Assembly: GCF_001194135.2 (NCBI RefSeq)
Contig: NC_068992.1
Location: 56,439,953 to 56,503,952 of the forward strand
Source of the DNA: Octopus bimaculoides
Lineage: Eukaryota
DNA: 64,000 nucleotides
Direction of reading: 5' to 3'
Shown here: positions 36,041 to 49,737 of the stretch, in pieces
Numbering within the stretch: the first letter of the stretch is position 1
How the letters are laid out: every line of letters begins with the position of its first letter
Notes under the pieces: model-generated
Told to the model about the DNA's origin: nothing
Databases searched by the model: none
The model's input: only the letters and a program-made list of their open reading frames with translations
Made by a program: the position numbers and the translations under genes

Positions 36041-39000
36041 TTCTACTTTTCTACTTCATCGATAGCAGAAACAATAACTACAACATAATAGTAGTCGTAA
36101 AATTCAACGACTTCACTTTTTATACTGAATTCACGACTTTGCACTCTTGCAACTTTCAGTGTCCCGAATTGCATCAAGCGATCATTTATGATAAACACGT
36201 TATTACATCAACATAATCTAAAGTAATTGAGTTTTTATTTTTCATATCATGACAAGGAGCAGAAAATATTGTCACACACCTGATTACAAAAGAGTGAAAA
36301 ATAGTTATAATACATATATCTAAGTCTTTCATACAAAATATTTTATCTAAAAATTTTTAATTGAAATACAAATACACTTTCAATAAAATAGAATTGTCGC
36401 GCAAGAGGATTTTGTAAAACAATTCATTTCTTCATTCAATCAGAAAATGATGAAAAATTTACAACGAATGATGTCCCTGCAATTCTTTCTATATTCAAAC
36501 AGCAAGTTAAGATGCGCATTAGCTGAGAAACAGATTTAATTAAAGAAGTATATAGCTGGTAGTAATATAACAATGAAGGAAATCTTAAAAGTTAATATCT
36601 TTCTTAATAACATCTGGTAATAGCTGAAGGGAATATGAACAGACGAGAGAAAAGTAGGATATTTCGTAAGTATTTAGTCTTAACCACTATGACTATTTTC
36701 CATCAAATATAACAATATTGAAAATTAATACTTATATTTTTTTGTTATTTGATGACATATAAGCACACAGACATACAGCAATAAATACACATATACATAA
36801 ATGCATATATATATATATATATATACATACATAAATACACACACACACATAAATACATATATATACATGCATAAAGACATATATGTATATATAGTTATAT
36901 ATATATATATACACGTAAATACAAACGTAGTAAAATCACACACACATTTAAAAACACATATGTGCATATATACACACGTAAATAAACATACGTAAAAGAC
37001 GTACGCATACATAAATACATAAATACACACACACATATATACATACATATATAGGTGCATATATGCGCATGCACATATAGGTGCATATATAGGTACATAT
37101 ATAGCAAGCACAAATATACATAGAAGACACACACAAAGGAAATCTCACATAAATACACATGCATGCACATATATACGTGCATATAGACATGCTAAGTATG
37201 CACCTAAACACATCCATCCATCCATCCATCCATCCATCCATACATAGTACATACAAGCACACCACATACATAGTACATACAGAGAACATAGCTGCCATAG
37301 TGGCCGATTCGTTATGCGAATGTATATAATTACTGCTGTTTGGCAACATATTAAATTAAAGATAATTTGATTAACACATTGCAGGAAATGTTACATAGGA
37401 ATATTTCTACCAACACGTATATAAACATTGTATATATACATTGTATATATACCTATAAACCAAATAACACTTTAGAGACAATCTCAACGCGTATCACGGT
37501 AACGAAGTATGCACGGTTAGATACAGTTACAGAATTAAAACAGTCTTTAAGAAAGAAATATCGTGCTGTGAATAAATTAATAATTAATCGTGACTAAAAT
37601 TTGCTAGAACTTTTAAAGGACATGGTCGTTTATGTGAAGTTATATACTGACTAGCTTGCTGGGTTACTTATCGATGTTCGTGTATTACATCAAAGCGACA
37701 AGAGACAGAATATCGTGATTTTGAAGATGTATTAGCAGTTACGCCTGACATTTCCTGTTCACATGGATGGAGTTTCGCCTAAAGAAATCTTCATATTTCG
37801 GTGCTCGACGTGATAAAACTAGTCGCTTAACGCCAAATTTTGCATCAATTTTTCCTCAGACTAATATGTTCCGCACAAAGGATGGTACAAATAGTTACGT
37901 ATTGACAAAAATATATCATGCGAAGTTACTCTGAAGAATGAAAGATGTGATAACAAAGAAATTTTCATCAGGATAAAGTAGATATCGCAATCCTTTACAG
38001 GATATAAACGCCGTGTGCGATAGTTTGTCTTACCAACAAAGAGGCCAACTACGAAGGGTTATTCAACCAAAAGACATAAACAACTAGAGAATTATTTCAA
38101 AGGAGAACATCAGGAGACGGAATATTTTCATTCAAATACCGATTAAATATCCATGAAATCACTCACATTTTGATAGATATTTGACTGCTATTTTTATTAG
38201 ACCAAACGACTCGCACAATATAGTAGGTAATGTGTGTATATATATANNNNNNNNNNNNNNNNNNNNNNNNNNNNNNNNNNNNNNNNNNNNNNNNNNNNNN
38301 NNNNNNNNNNNNNNNNNNNNNNNNNNNNNNNNNNNNNNNNNNNNNNNNNNNNNNNNNNNNNNNNNNNNNNNNNNNNNNNNNNNNNNNNNNNNNNNNNNNN
38401 NNNNNNNNNNNNNNNNNNNNNNNNNNNNNNNNNNNNNNNNNNNNNNNNNNNNNNNNNNNNNNNNNNNNNNNNNNNNNNNNNNNNNNNNNNNNNNNNNNNN
38501 NNNNNNNNNNNNNNNNNNNNNNNNNNNNNNNNNNNNNNNNNNNNNNNNNNNNNNNNNNNNNNNNNNNNNNNNNNNNNNNNNNNNNNNNNNNNNNNNNNNN
38601 NNNNNNNNNNNNNNNNNNNNNNNNNNNNNNNNNNNNNNNNNNNNNNNNNNNNNNNNNNNNNNNNNNNNNNNNNNNNNNNNNNNNNNNNNNNNNNNNNNNN
38701 NNNNNNNNNNNNNNNNNNNNNNNNNNNNNNNNNNNNNNNNNNNNNNNNNNNNNNNNNNNNNNNNNNNNNNNNNNNNNNNNNNNNNNNNNNNNNNNNNNNN
38801 NNNNNNNNNNNNNNNNNNNNNNNNNNNNNNNNNNNNNNNNNNNNNNNNNNNNNNNNNNNNNNNNNNNNNNNNNNNNNNNNNNNNNNNNNNNNNNNNNNNN
38901 NNNNNNNNNNNNNNNNNNNNNNNNNNNNNNNNNNNNNNNNNNNNNNNNNNNNNNNNNNNNNNNNNNNNNNNNNNNNNNNNNNNNNNNNNNNNNNNNNNNN

Positions 39001-39167
39001 NNNNNNNNNNNNNNNNNNNNNNNNNNNNNNNNNNNNNNNNNNNNNNNNNNNNNNNNNNNNNNNNNNNNNNNNNNNNNNNNNNNNNNNNNNNNNNNNNNNN
39101 NNNNNNNNNNNNNNNNNNNNNNNNNNNNNNNNNNNNNNNNNNNNNNNNNNNNNNNNNNNNNNNNNNN

Positions 39168-39214
<47 letters not shown>

Positions 39215-39787
39215 TTCTGCATGTATGTGTATGTGAGTGTGTGTGTGTGCATGTTTATTTGTATGCTTGTTTGTGTGTGTGTGTGAATGTGTGTGCATGT
39301 GTGTATGTGTGTGTATGTTTGTTCCAAATTGATGGCCGTCATTTTCTCTTGTATCGTGGTATTGAGTTAACTAAAATTATGTATAAATGCAGCTGTTATT
39401 ATACAGAACGTATAGAGTATGCGACGTATTTTTCTACAAATTTGTACTTCTTGGCTCCTACCTACTCACAGAATAGTTCAGAAAATTGTATATACCTCCA
39501 GGCCATACCACATCAGACATTAAAATAAATATATACTAATTAGAAATATATTCCCTTGAGAGCAATAATGTAAATTTTTACAATATTTTGCATGAAAAAT
39601 GTCTTCATAAATGAATTTATCTTCAAAAATAAACTTATTTCTTTTATATGTTTGTTATTTTATCTTTGACAATTCTTTACAATAGGGAAACGTCAATCAT
39701 CCTCTGAAATTCTAGGATGCAACAGGTCTGCGCAAATTTGCATTCACAAGCCACTTGAAGATAAACAGAATCCTTTTAAAGTAAATT

Positions 39788-40669
39788 TAAAGGGGTATTC
39801 CATAAATGTTGAATCTTTGATAGGAGAGATAGTTATAACTGTCGTAAATTACTGTAATTTTAGTATATCATTACTAGGTTTTAAATAAGCTGACCTGCCA
39901 ACTTTGGTTATTCCAGTTTGAAGGAGACGGCTGTAACAGTACTTTGAACACACGCTACTAAACACTACTTGTCACAGCTGACTAGTTTGCAGAATGCAGA
40001 CTGGACGTGAAAACAATATGAAAGCTCTTTTTTTTCAATAAAATGATGTGTCAAACGGCAAAAAGAAAAAAAAACACTATAAAAGCTTATGAAATGTTTC
40101 AGAATGCTTGTGGATTCATTCGTAGGAAATGAACATCAGTTTTTCGCTATTGAAAGAGGCCAGGCAATGCAAGTCCATCGAGTGGCGCATGGTTATTCCT
40201 TTTTCAACAGTAAGGTTATCATCCTGCATCCATTGGGTTTTCTCTGGCTGGATGGTCAACAGAGCGTACTTTGTGGACTTTTGAGGGAGTTCAGGGACAG
40301 ATTTCATCGCAGAAAGCCAGAGCTCCTGCGTCAGGACTATGCACCAGACTGTCAGCAATTCCATCTTGGTAACCAACTACGTGACGGACATAGGTATCAA
40401 AACTGTCCTTCACCATCCATACAGTCCAAACCTTACTCTGTCTGACCTGTGATTGTTTCCAAGCTGAGGGAAAAGATAAAGGAACCTGTGAAAAGAGGCC
40501 TGGGTAGGGAGGACTTCCATGGGGCATTTACAAAATATCTGGAACACTACAACAAGTACATTGAAGTCGGATGCCCCTACTTTGAAGGAGATTAGAGTTT
40601 TATACTTCTTTGAAATTACTGATTGTCTCTTCTAAAAAATGTCTCAAAATTCCTGGAAAACACCTTATA
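39788..40669 (+). mobile_element. Internally deleted, decayed mariner transposon
   Basis: KNTIKAYEMFQNACG (HTH-like), RMVIPFFNSK, HHPYSPNLTLSDL*LFPKL (YSPDL motif), C-terminal YFEGD*; right TIR ends in TA at 40668-40669. The left end is approximate. Confidence 0.82.
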
Positions 40670-40859
40670 ATTACAATATAATGAAGGTATTGAGATTGTG
40701 TTTATAATAGATCTTAATAAATCCCTGTTAAACCGGAATACACTGCTCCTTGCACTTACGTGAGCATCTTTGTAGCTAAATACATACACTCACTCGTACA
40801 TACACACATATACAGTTGGGCCAAATAACACAGAGGTCATTCCAGCAGACACGCTCATA

Positions 40860-41073
40860 TACAAGTGGATAGGGAAAAGTTCCTAGCTTTGGGTAAAAGA
40901 AAATACGAGAGCATAAGTTAATTAGGATTTTATTCAACGTATTCTACCTTCAGATTCATATACGGTCCTTCAGGTAAACAGTCCTTCATTCTTTCTAGGC
41001 TCTGTGAAAGAACTCAAAAGGTTGGGCCTTTTGCGATACTCTTAAAGCCGGGAACTTTTCAGTGCCCCCTTTA
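40860..41073 (-). mobile_element. Mariner-derived MITE, same family as 3104-3321
   Basis: Its reverse complement aligns across the TIRs and the transposase C-terminal remnant. Confidence 0.8.
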
Positions 41074-41098
41074 TGTACGCATAAAAATACACAGACAC

Positions 41099-41100
41099 TC

Positions 41101-41158
<58 letters not shown>

Positions 41159-41235
41159 ATGTCTGTCTGTCTGTCTGTCTGTCTGGCTGTCTGCCTGCCT
41201 GCCTGCCTGCCTCTCTGTATGTCTGTCTATCTACA
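41099..41235. repeat. (TCTA)n-(TCTG)n-(CCTG)n tetranucleotide array
   Basis: Directly visible. Confidence 0.9.
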
Positions 41236-41675
41236 CTATATGTGGATCTGTGTGTCTATACGTATATACGAGTTCGCGTGACGAGCAAAAACATGATGTG
41301 CATACGGATTTCGCTAACTGACATGCTGAAAAGTTTTTGGTACATATCTAATAATGCATGTATGCACGTATAACGATACACAGAAACACAAACGGACACG
41401 CAGACGCATCCACCCATCCATCCACCCATCCATCCATCCATCCATCCATCCATCCATCCATCCATCCATCCATCCATCCATACATATAAACAGACAGACA
41501 GACAGACAAACTGATAGAAAGACAGTCAAATTGACAGACACACGCACCACACATACACACACACACATGCACACAAATAAGTACTCGTGTATATTTCTTA
41601 ATATGTCACTGTTTACCTGCCTGACTGTCTCTTTCAATGTACATAAATATATGGTTCTATGTTTGTGTCTATGCA

Positions 41676-41722
<47 letters not shown>

Positions 41723-42075
41723 NNNNNNNNNNATCACGACAATTGTTTCAACACATCTAGCATCGATTCCTCATGGGTGGGACACTCAACAACTGGCTCA
41801 GGAGCATTCGGTGGTGCAGATGTACCTCGTCAGGTGATAAATAAATACAACTCGTTAAAATTACTGTTTCCGTTTTGTAGAAAGAAAAGCAGCCAGACGG
41901 AAGAAATACCTTCATTTATATAGAAGATCAAAAATAAAATCACAGATGGCAAAAAGAGAAACGAATACGCAATCCGGCGAGAAAAGTATTATATATATAT
42001 ATATATGGATAGATAGATAGATATGTGTGTGTGTGTGTGTATACATACACACAGACGCAAACAGGCATATATATT

Positions 42076-42242
42076 GGTGCAGGCGTGGCTGTGTGGTACG
42101 AAGCTTGGTTCCCAACCATATGGTTCCGAGTTCAGTTCCACTGCGTAGCACCTTGGGCAAGTGTCTTCTACTGTATTCTCGTACCGACCAAAGCCTCGTG
42201 AGTGGATTTGGTCGACGGAAACTGAAAGAAGCCTGTCGTATA
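42076..42242 (+). mobile_element. SINE-1, 5' half
   Basis: A box TGGCTGTGTGG, B box GAGTTCAGTTCC, CORE-like CACCTTGGGCAAGTGTCTTCT. Confidence 0.88.
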
Positions 42243-43524
42243 TCTATATCTATATACATATACATACATAGTACATACACATTCATATAATTTGATATAC
42301 ATATAATTTGACGAGAATTAGCTGCTTGTTTAAAATATTTATTTTTGATTTGGGAGTTGAAGTTTACTTGCCTGCTTATATTAACGTGACATCCCTGGGC
42401 ATATATTATTTTAATACTTGCTATCTTTTCACGTCAGTATTTTGGCGCTGTCAATTTTAGATCTGATATTAAGAAATTAGTTACAGAATAAATTTGCATC
42501 TCTGCTAATCCTGTGAATTTTAGTCTTCAATTTGAAGTAGAGTGCTTAAAAAGCGAATATATAAGCTAGGTTTAATATTTATATATTCATAATAAAATCG
42601 TGTTTGAATGAATCTTAGTGAGAAAGATTTGTTAAAATTGTTTTAAAAGGTAATGTAATAAGTTGAACCAAAACAAATATGAAAAACCGATGTAAATTGT
42701 CAATATACTGGTTTGCATTTTTTTTGCATAAATATTTCGGGATTAAAACACCTTTATCAAGAGAAAATGGTGGAGGATGACGAACCTATCTCTTTTCTAC
42801 GCTTTCACCTGATAAAAATATTGTAGCCCGTAAATATCTATAAGGCAAATTTTAAATCTTTGTTTGTTCTCTGTCAGTTCTTAGTCTTTTCTTTAAATTT
42901 CGCATAGGTATCAAAATAATCTTAACTAACATTTGGGTATTGATTTTAATCTTTACCATGTTTGTTTAGATAATCGAGTCGAAAGCATAATTCTGAAGAA
43001 CCAAAATTAATGCATAGAATTGGCATATCTATAATGTCTCTGACACTTAATGTGAACGACACAGTCCACTTAACTGCACCTAGCTGGCACTAGTGTTAGA
43101 AATCGTTCCGGAAACGTTGAGTCAATTTCCTATGAAGGTAGAGTTAGTTTAGCTCTGACAGACTGGTGCTCTTGTAAACCGGATGACTCCTTCAGGTTCA
43201 CTTAACTTCAAGGTCATTGACAATAGCCTGGAAAAGTTGATGCTCCATCGCATAATGCACCGTGGGCTCTATAAAACATTGTAATGATTTCTTTCATTAG
43301 GATAAATGTGAAACACTTTTAGAATCACTTTCATTAGTACAAATGTGAAACATTTTGTCGCCGTGAAATTGTGAAACTAAATCAATGCTATCAGTAAGAT
43401 TCGAAATCTGGGCATTAAATACTTAACTAATTCTGTCATTTTACAGCTAATTGTTGACCTCGACAAGACTTGAACTCAGAAAACCGACGGGTGTAACTGC
43501 ACCATGACGCCAATATTATAATGG

Positions 43525-43715
43525 CTTCAATGTTGGCACCAGGCCAGAAGTTTGATATGAAGGCGTTTTCGATATACTCAACTTTATTTTATCGACCCAG
43601 AAATAATGAGAGGTAAAGGAAACCTCGGTGGTATTTGAAACTGAATTAATGAGTAGGAATATATATCATTAGGCATTTTGTCCAGTGCTCAAACGATTCT
43701 GTCATCCCACCACAT
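43525..43715 (-). mobile_element. SINE-2, old and decayed
   Basis: TTTTATCGACCC..AAAGG..ACCTCGG..ATTTGAA recognisable. Confidence 0.55.
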
Positions 43716-43784
43716 AATTGACCCTCCTAATAAAAAGAAGCAATTTTAAAAGCAAACTGCATCACTACTAAAAGAAGAATATTC

Positions 43785-45290
43785 CATGTGGGTCCCTCTT
43801 CCATCTTTTTTAACCTTTCATAACCACATTTAATCAGCATGTTAAACCAGACACGACTCGGTTATATAGACTATGGAATGATAATTAACCATCGTTTATA
43901 CGCGGATGACCTCAAGATGTTATACTGCAAAAAGAAAAAAATACCCCCCAAAAAACCCAGCAATGAACTGGAGACAGTTACATAGCTTATAAGATTTTAG
44001 CAGAGAAACATGCCATGCAATTCCGTAAGAAATTATATGCAATAGCAAACACGGGAAATAAAATAAAATAAAAAAAAACCTCCAGTAAAATCACGCTGAA
44101 GAAACAGAGATAAGACGATTATACGAAACATAGAATTATAAATACTTAGGAATTTCTGAAATAGACAGTCTATAACAGAGACAACTGAACAAAAAAAAAA
44201 AAAAAGGTTAAGCGGGAATATTATAAACGCATTAGTTTAATACATACAGAAATCAGAGCTAAATATTAATACCAAAAGTATGGAAATAGCTTAGAATATT
44301 CTGGTTGTTGCAGTAATAAGTTATAAGATATAAACTTCTCAACTAGATGTTACACGAATTAGGATGATGACAGAGAAATAAGAAAAATAATGACTTCCTT
44401 GCCTCTAGAATACACCTTCCAACAGCACGTACAGAAAAATTGTATTTATCTTAAATACATAGGGGGATAAATTATTATATGCTACCTTTATTAGGACCGC
44501 AAAGGAATTATGGGAAAACAATACAAATAGATATAAAACATGAGCAAAGGAAGACAAACGTATTCTGTCTTAAAGGAATCTAATAGATATAAAACAGAGG
44601 ATGCGACAATATATGATTCTAAGGATGTTTGATAAACAGAAATAGAAATTATTAAAGAATTCGCAATTAGACTCAAAATAGAATTAATATATATTGCGAT
44701 AAAATTTCCACAAGAAGCCGTCCGGCATGGTTAAAACTCGAGAAAGCAAAAGTAAAAGATATTCAGTATTCTTTTCTACTCTAGGTACAAGGCCCGAAAT
44801 TTTGGGGGAGGGGGCAGTCGATTAAATCTACCCAGTACGCAACTGGTACTTAATTCATCGACCCTGAAAGGCAAAGTCGACTTCGGTGGAATTTGAACTC
44901 AGAACGTAAAGAATGATGAAATACCGCTAAGCATTTAGCCCGGCATGCTAACGTTTCTGCCAGCTCGTCGCCTTAAAAAAATAAGAAAAGACATTCAGTA
45001 TTAGCACAGATGTATGTGTGGCTCAATGCTGAAGCAGGAAAGTTTATGATTACGGTAAAAGACCAAAGATTTTCTATAGCAAAATACCAAAACCATATAA
45101 GATGATGTATTCGACATCTTATGTCAACACAGGTAGCTATATCAATTGATTGCAGAGTATGTGGGGTATATTAAGCAACAATAAATTTCATCGTTTCCGA
45201 CTGTTAACTCTTGGCAGAAACAGGAATATATTAAACTGGATGATCTCAAAGCAGATAAGGCTATACATTTTTACACGCTATTATTTATAT
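43785..45290 (+). mobile_element. Highly decayed R4/Dong-type RT-to-CCHC remnant interrupted by a SINE-2
   Basis: INHRLYADDLKM (43884-43919), YKYLGI (44137-44154), EKLYL..GG, and DCRVCGVY*ATINFIVSDC zinc-knuckle-like motif near 45150-45205. Confidence 0.72.
44771..44975 (-). mobile_element. SINE-2 with approximately 17-bp TSD
   Basis: AAAAGATATTCAGTATT (44754-44770) and AAAAGACATTCAGTATT (44986-45002). Confidence 0.9.
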
Positions 45291-45319
45291 CTTTACCGCT
45301 TGGAGATTCACCGTGCCAA

Positions 45320-45361
<42 letters not shown>

Positions 45362-45618
45362 AATAAGAGTGAAAAAACTACAGAAGGCTTGTGTTACATG
45401 GTTAAAGTATATATTTAAATTATGTCAGAAAAATGTTATAAAATGTTTTGGTATTTGGAGAAATAACCGGTTTCGTGTTGTCTTTTCAGTGTGTGTGTGT
45501 TTTGTATATATATAATATAATATAATATAATATAATATAATATAATATAATATATTATATGATATAATATAATATATAAGAAACTCACAATCGAGAATAA
45601 GCTTGTATTTCTGTATAA

Positions 45619-45708
45619 GTGTGAGTATATACGTGTATGTACATATGTGTGAGTATATACGTGTATGTACATGTGTGAGTATATACGTGTATGTACATAT
45701 GTGTGAGT
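45619..45708. repeat. 26-28 bp minisatellite, 3 units
   Basis: GTGTGAGTATATACGTGTATGTACAT(AT) repeated; (TATAA)n just upstream at 45511-45550. Confidence 0.9.
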
Positions 45709-46993
45709 GTGTATATGTATACTATATCAATTCATCTGTAATCATTCTGAATCTCTTTAATTAATCTCCTGATTTATTTGTTTATAACTAACGAAGAAAC
45801 ACATTTTAACAAAGAAATAACTAGCTTTATATCTACCTAGAGCATTGTCTATATCAGTGTATCTGTGTGTGGGAGAATATGATAAATTGTTTTGCTTGCG
45901 GTTTACAATTAACTGAATATTGGCGAAAATCTTTGAACATTAAGCTCTAGATAACACACAGCAATACCAAGTTACATAGTCTCAATACTAAATCGTGCGT
46001 CCAGCCAATTTTAATAGCATTCGAGCAGACACTGTCTGTTAGAAGACGCATGGTTCAAGAGAGAAAAATTCATTATCTAACACTTTCTGTCATTTATAAA
46101 TTTATTAATTAATTTAGTTAATCATTTATTTATTTCCCATTTCTTCATCTTTTTGTTCTCTTCGATTCAACGTGTCTTGACCGATTGACATGAATTGCAG
46201 TTTTATTATGTGTTTGGTTCTTTTACAATGAAATACAAATGAACGGATAAGAACATTTTGGACGAAGGGAATATATTCTTGAAAATACAAGTTCATCGAG
46301 TACAAGTTGTTTTTTTGCATAAACCTCATGAGTTGATATTTTTGCGGTATTAGTACCACAATACCGATACAATATATTGTTACAGATATTAAATGATAAA
46401 ATATTATCAATATCCTGATGAAATAGCGGTGAAACAATTCTAGAATTATATATATGATTCTGCTAGATCGCCTTACACACACACACACANNNNNNNNNNN
46501 NNNNNNNNNNNNNNNNNNNNNNNNNNNNNNNNNNNNNNNNNNNNNNNNNNNNNNNNNNNNNNNNNNNNNNNNNNNNNNNNNNNNNNNNNNNNNNNNNNNN
46601 NNNNNNNNNNNNNNNNNNNNNNNNNNNNNNNNNNNNNNNNNNNNNNNNNNNNNNNNNNNNNNNNNNNNNNNNNNNNNNNNNNNNNNNNNNNNNNNNNNNN
46701 NNNNNNNNNNNNNNNNNNNNNNNNNNNNNNNNNNNNNNNNNNNNNNNNNNNNNNNNNNNNNNNNNNNNNNNNNNNNNNNNNNNNNNNNNNNNNNNNNNNN
46801 NNNNNNNNNNNNNNNNNNNNNNNNNNNNNNNNNNNNNNNNNNNNNNNNNNNNNNNNNNNNNNNNNNNNNNNNNNNNNNNNNNNNNNNNNNNNNNNNNNNN
46901 NNNNNNNNNNNNNNNNNNNNNNNNNNNNNNNNNNNNNNNNNNNNNNNNNNNNNNNNNNNNNNNNNNNNNNNNNNNNNNNNNNNNNNNNTATGT

Positions 46994-47035
<42 letters not shown>

Positions 47036-47037
<2 letters not shown>

Positions 47038-47228
47038 GGCGATCTATCAGAATCAAAGGCACTTATTTAGTCCGTCTTTATGTTCTGAATTCAAATTCCG
47101 CCGAGGTCGACAGTGGCATTCATCCTCTGAGAGTCGATACCATAACTACCAGTTAAGCACTGTACTCGATGCAATCGACTCACTCCTTTCCTCGAAATTG
47201 CTGGCCTTGTGACAAAATTTGAAACCAC
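47036..47228 (+). mobile_element. SINE-2, decayed
   Basis: TTCAAATTCCGCCGAGGTCGAC...GGCCTTGTGACAAAATTTGAAACC. Confidence 0.8.
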
Positions 47229-47237
47229 ACTATATAT

Positions 47238-47304
<67 letters not shown>

Positions 47305-47344
47305 TCTCTCTATCTATCTATATATACAAGTACATCCACACATA

Positions 47345-47510
47345 TGACGGGTTTCCTCACAGACTCCGGTTACCAAATTCATTCACAAAGTATTGGATGG
47401 CTCGGCATTATAGTAGTGGATACATGTCAAATGTGATGCGCAATAAGTTGAACCCAAAACCACGTGGTTGTGAAGCGACCTTCTTAACCAAACAGCCACG
47501 TCTGCACTCA
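47345..47510 (-). mobile_element. SINE-1, 5' half, decayed
   Basis: Reverse complement aligns to 42076-42242. Confidence 0.72.
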
Positions 47511-48182
47511 CCAGCTTCTAAACTCTCGCACACACACTCACACACACACAAACATACACACACACACACACGTACAAACTTCCACTCCCACAGAAACATA
47601 ATTATATCTAAATCGGGCACAAGGCCAAGATTTTAGGGTCAGAGAAAAGACTAGATTAAACTGACCTAAGTTTTTTGACTAATGGTTAATTAATTGAACG
47701 ATGAAAGGAGAACTTGAAATAACGGCTATGTTTGATCTAAAATCTATTCGTGTAGTATTTTTATGATATTTTAAAAGAGAACGTCGTTGTTCTGGAACGT
47801 GATTAACTACTGAAACAATAATAGAAAAAAAAAACACTCAAAAAACAAATAAACAAAAATATAGTATTTTGATTGGCGTACCATTGAAACTTGTGAAAAT
47901 ATGCATCAGTTTTTGTATTAGCAATACAGGAGATTTATGGACAATATCTTGTGCGACAAGTGAAATCACAAATACAAGTAGTGGGTAATAGAGTGAAATA
48001 CATTACTAGGAGGGACGTAGAATGAAGAGGCCATTTTGTGTAGAAAAAAAAAAGATTTTTACGGTTGAAAGATGTTTGCTACTTGTCCTTTGAGAAAGAG
48101 TGTACATGAAACAATGAAGGAATTTGTTGTGCATAGCATCCATAAAAATATTCGCCTACAACGCATCATGCATATACATGCA

Positions 48183-48254
<72 letters not shown>

Positions 48255-48539
48255 GGTCGATCGATCTTTCTGTTTGTACATACATATATATGTACATACG
48301 TACGTATCAGTGAACGTATGTCTATTCCAAATTGTAGCCAACAGTAAGTATTGTAGCTAGATACTTAAACTAAAATCTATTAACGAGTCGCATATCCTTG
48401 AAAATTGAAGCACATAGTTACTGGCAATTTGTTATCAGAAATTTTAATGTTTGGCACCTGAGAGGAAAACAAATATTTTATACCCCTAAGTGCTGCATTA
48501 CACATTAGTGAAAAAATAAGTTATTGATTATTTTATATA

Positions 48540-48715
48540 TACAGTAATCTCTCGCCATATCGCGGTACACCTAACGCGGTACACCTAACGCGGTTCAAAT
48601 ATCGCGGTTTATTATTTAAGCTTACGTCGTTTTCTCCGTGGTATTGTTTTGCATTTATGATAAAAAAATATATATACAAATTATAAGAATGATAAAAAAT
48701 ATATACATTACAATA
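48540..48715 (+). mobile_element. Tigger/pogo-like terminus
   Basis: TA|CAGTAATCTCTCGCCATATCGCGG with a 14-bp internal tandem duplication (CGCGGTACACCTAA). Confidence 0.55.
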
Positions 48716-48717
48716 CC

Positions 48718-48870
48718 GCTACGTTCTCAGTTCAAATTTCGCCGAGGTCGACTTTGCCTTTCATCCTTTCGGTGTCGATTAAATAAGTACGCACTTGGGT
48801 CGATATAATCGACTTAATCCGTTTGTCTCCCCTTGTTTGTCCTCTCTGTGTGTAGCAGTAAAGAAATAAG
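48718..48870 (+). mobile_element. SINE-2, alternative-tail subfamily
   Basis: Central block followed by AATCCGTTTGTCT..CTTGTTTGTCCTCTCTGTG...AAAGAAATAAG; the same tail occurs at 49480-49545. Confidence 0.8.
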
Positions 48871-48879
48871 AACAGCAGA

Positions 48880-49035
48880 TTAGGTGGAGGGGCTAAGTGG
48901 ATTAAAACGACTTCAGTGCTCAAATGGTACTTATTTTATCAACCCTTATAGGATGAAAGACATAATCAAAACACGCAGAATTTGAATTCAGAACGTAAAG
49001 CCAGGCGAAACATTTTGTCCGGCGTGTAAAGGGTT
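48880..49035 (-). mobile_element. SINE-2, decayed
   Basis: GGTACTTATTTTATCAACCC..AGGATGAAAG..GAATTTGAATTCAGAACGTAAAG. Confidence 0.7.
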
Positions 49036-49039
49036 CTAC

Positions 49040-49205
49040 CAGCGCACCGTTTTTCCTGCCAAGAACTAGTGAGAACTGCATGAAGGATTCTCAACAACGT
49101 AACCAAGATACCTTTCAGGATCTAGTTCAGTGCCCATGCTGAAGAGGACTTGAGAAATACTGATTCAACGAATGCTTTGAAGTAACCCCTCGTCATGTTG
49201 TCAAG
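49040..49205 (-). mobile_element. RTE-clade LINE RT fragment
   Basis: FKAFVESVFLKSSSAWALN*..TLLRILHAVLTSSWQE resembles the RTE motif F.A.VESVLLYG.EAW..RMLR.VL..SW. Confidence 0.55.
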
Positions 49206-49221
49206 AAGAGACGACTCCCAC

Positions 49222-49443
49222 ATAATCCTTTCTACTATAGGCACACAGCCTGGATTTTGTGAGGAGGGGGACAGTCGATTACATCGACCCCAGTACTCAC
49301 CTGGTACTTAATTTATCGCCTCCGAAAGGATGAAAGGCAAAGTTGACCTGGGCTGAATTTGAACTCAAAACGTAGCGATAGATGAAATAATACTAAGCAT
49401 TCCAGCCGGCGTTCTAACGATTCTGCCCGCTCGCCACCTTTAA
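49222..49443 (-). mobile_element. SINE-2, full length
   Basis: All blocks present in reverse complement. Confidence 0.88.
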
Positions 49444-49479
49444 AACAACATTCTTTTCTACATTAGGTACAAAGCCCCA

Positions 49480-49737
49480 AATCTCTTTGTCTGTCCTTGT
49501 CTGTCCCCTCTATGTTTAGCCCCTTGTGGGCAATAAAGAAATAAAAATCGTTAGCACGCCGGCTGAAATGCTTAGCGGTATTTCGTCTGTCTTTACGTTC
49601 TGAGTTCAAATTTCACCCAGGTCCACTTTGCCTTTCATCCTTTCGGGGTCGATAAATTAAGTACGAGTTGCGTACTGATATAATCGACTGCCCCCCACCC
49701 CAATTTCCAGGCCTTGTGCTTATAGTAGAAAGGATTC
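49480..49737 (+). mobile_element. SINE-2 preceded head-to-tail by another copy's tail
   Basis: The alternative tail (49480-49545) runs into AATCGTTAGCACGCCGG. Confidence 0.85.

Noticed and set aside
42076-42150. tRNA-like A/B boxes (also 16061, 50646 and the SINE-2 heads)
   Set aside because: These are SINE heads continuing into repeat bodies, with no complete cloverleaf.
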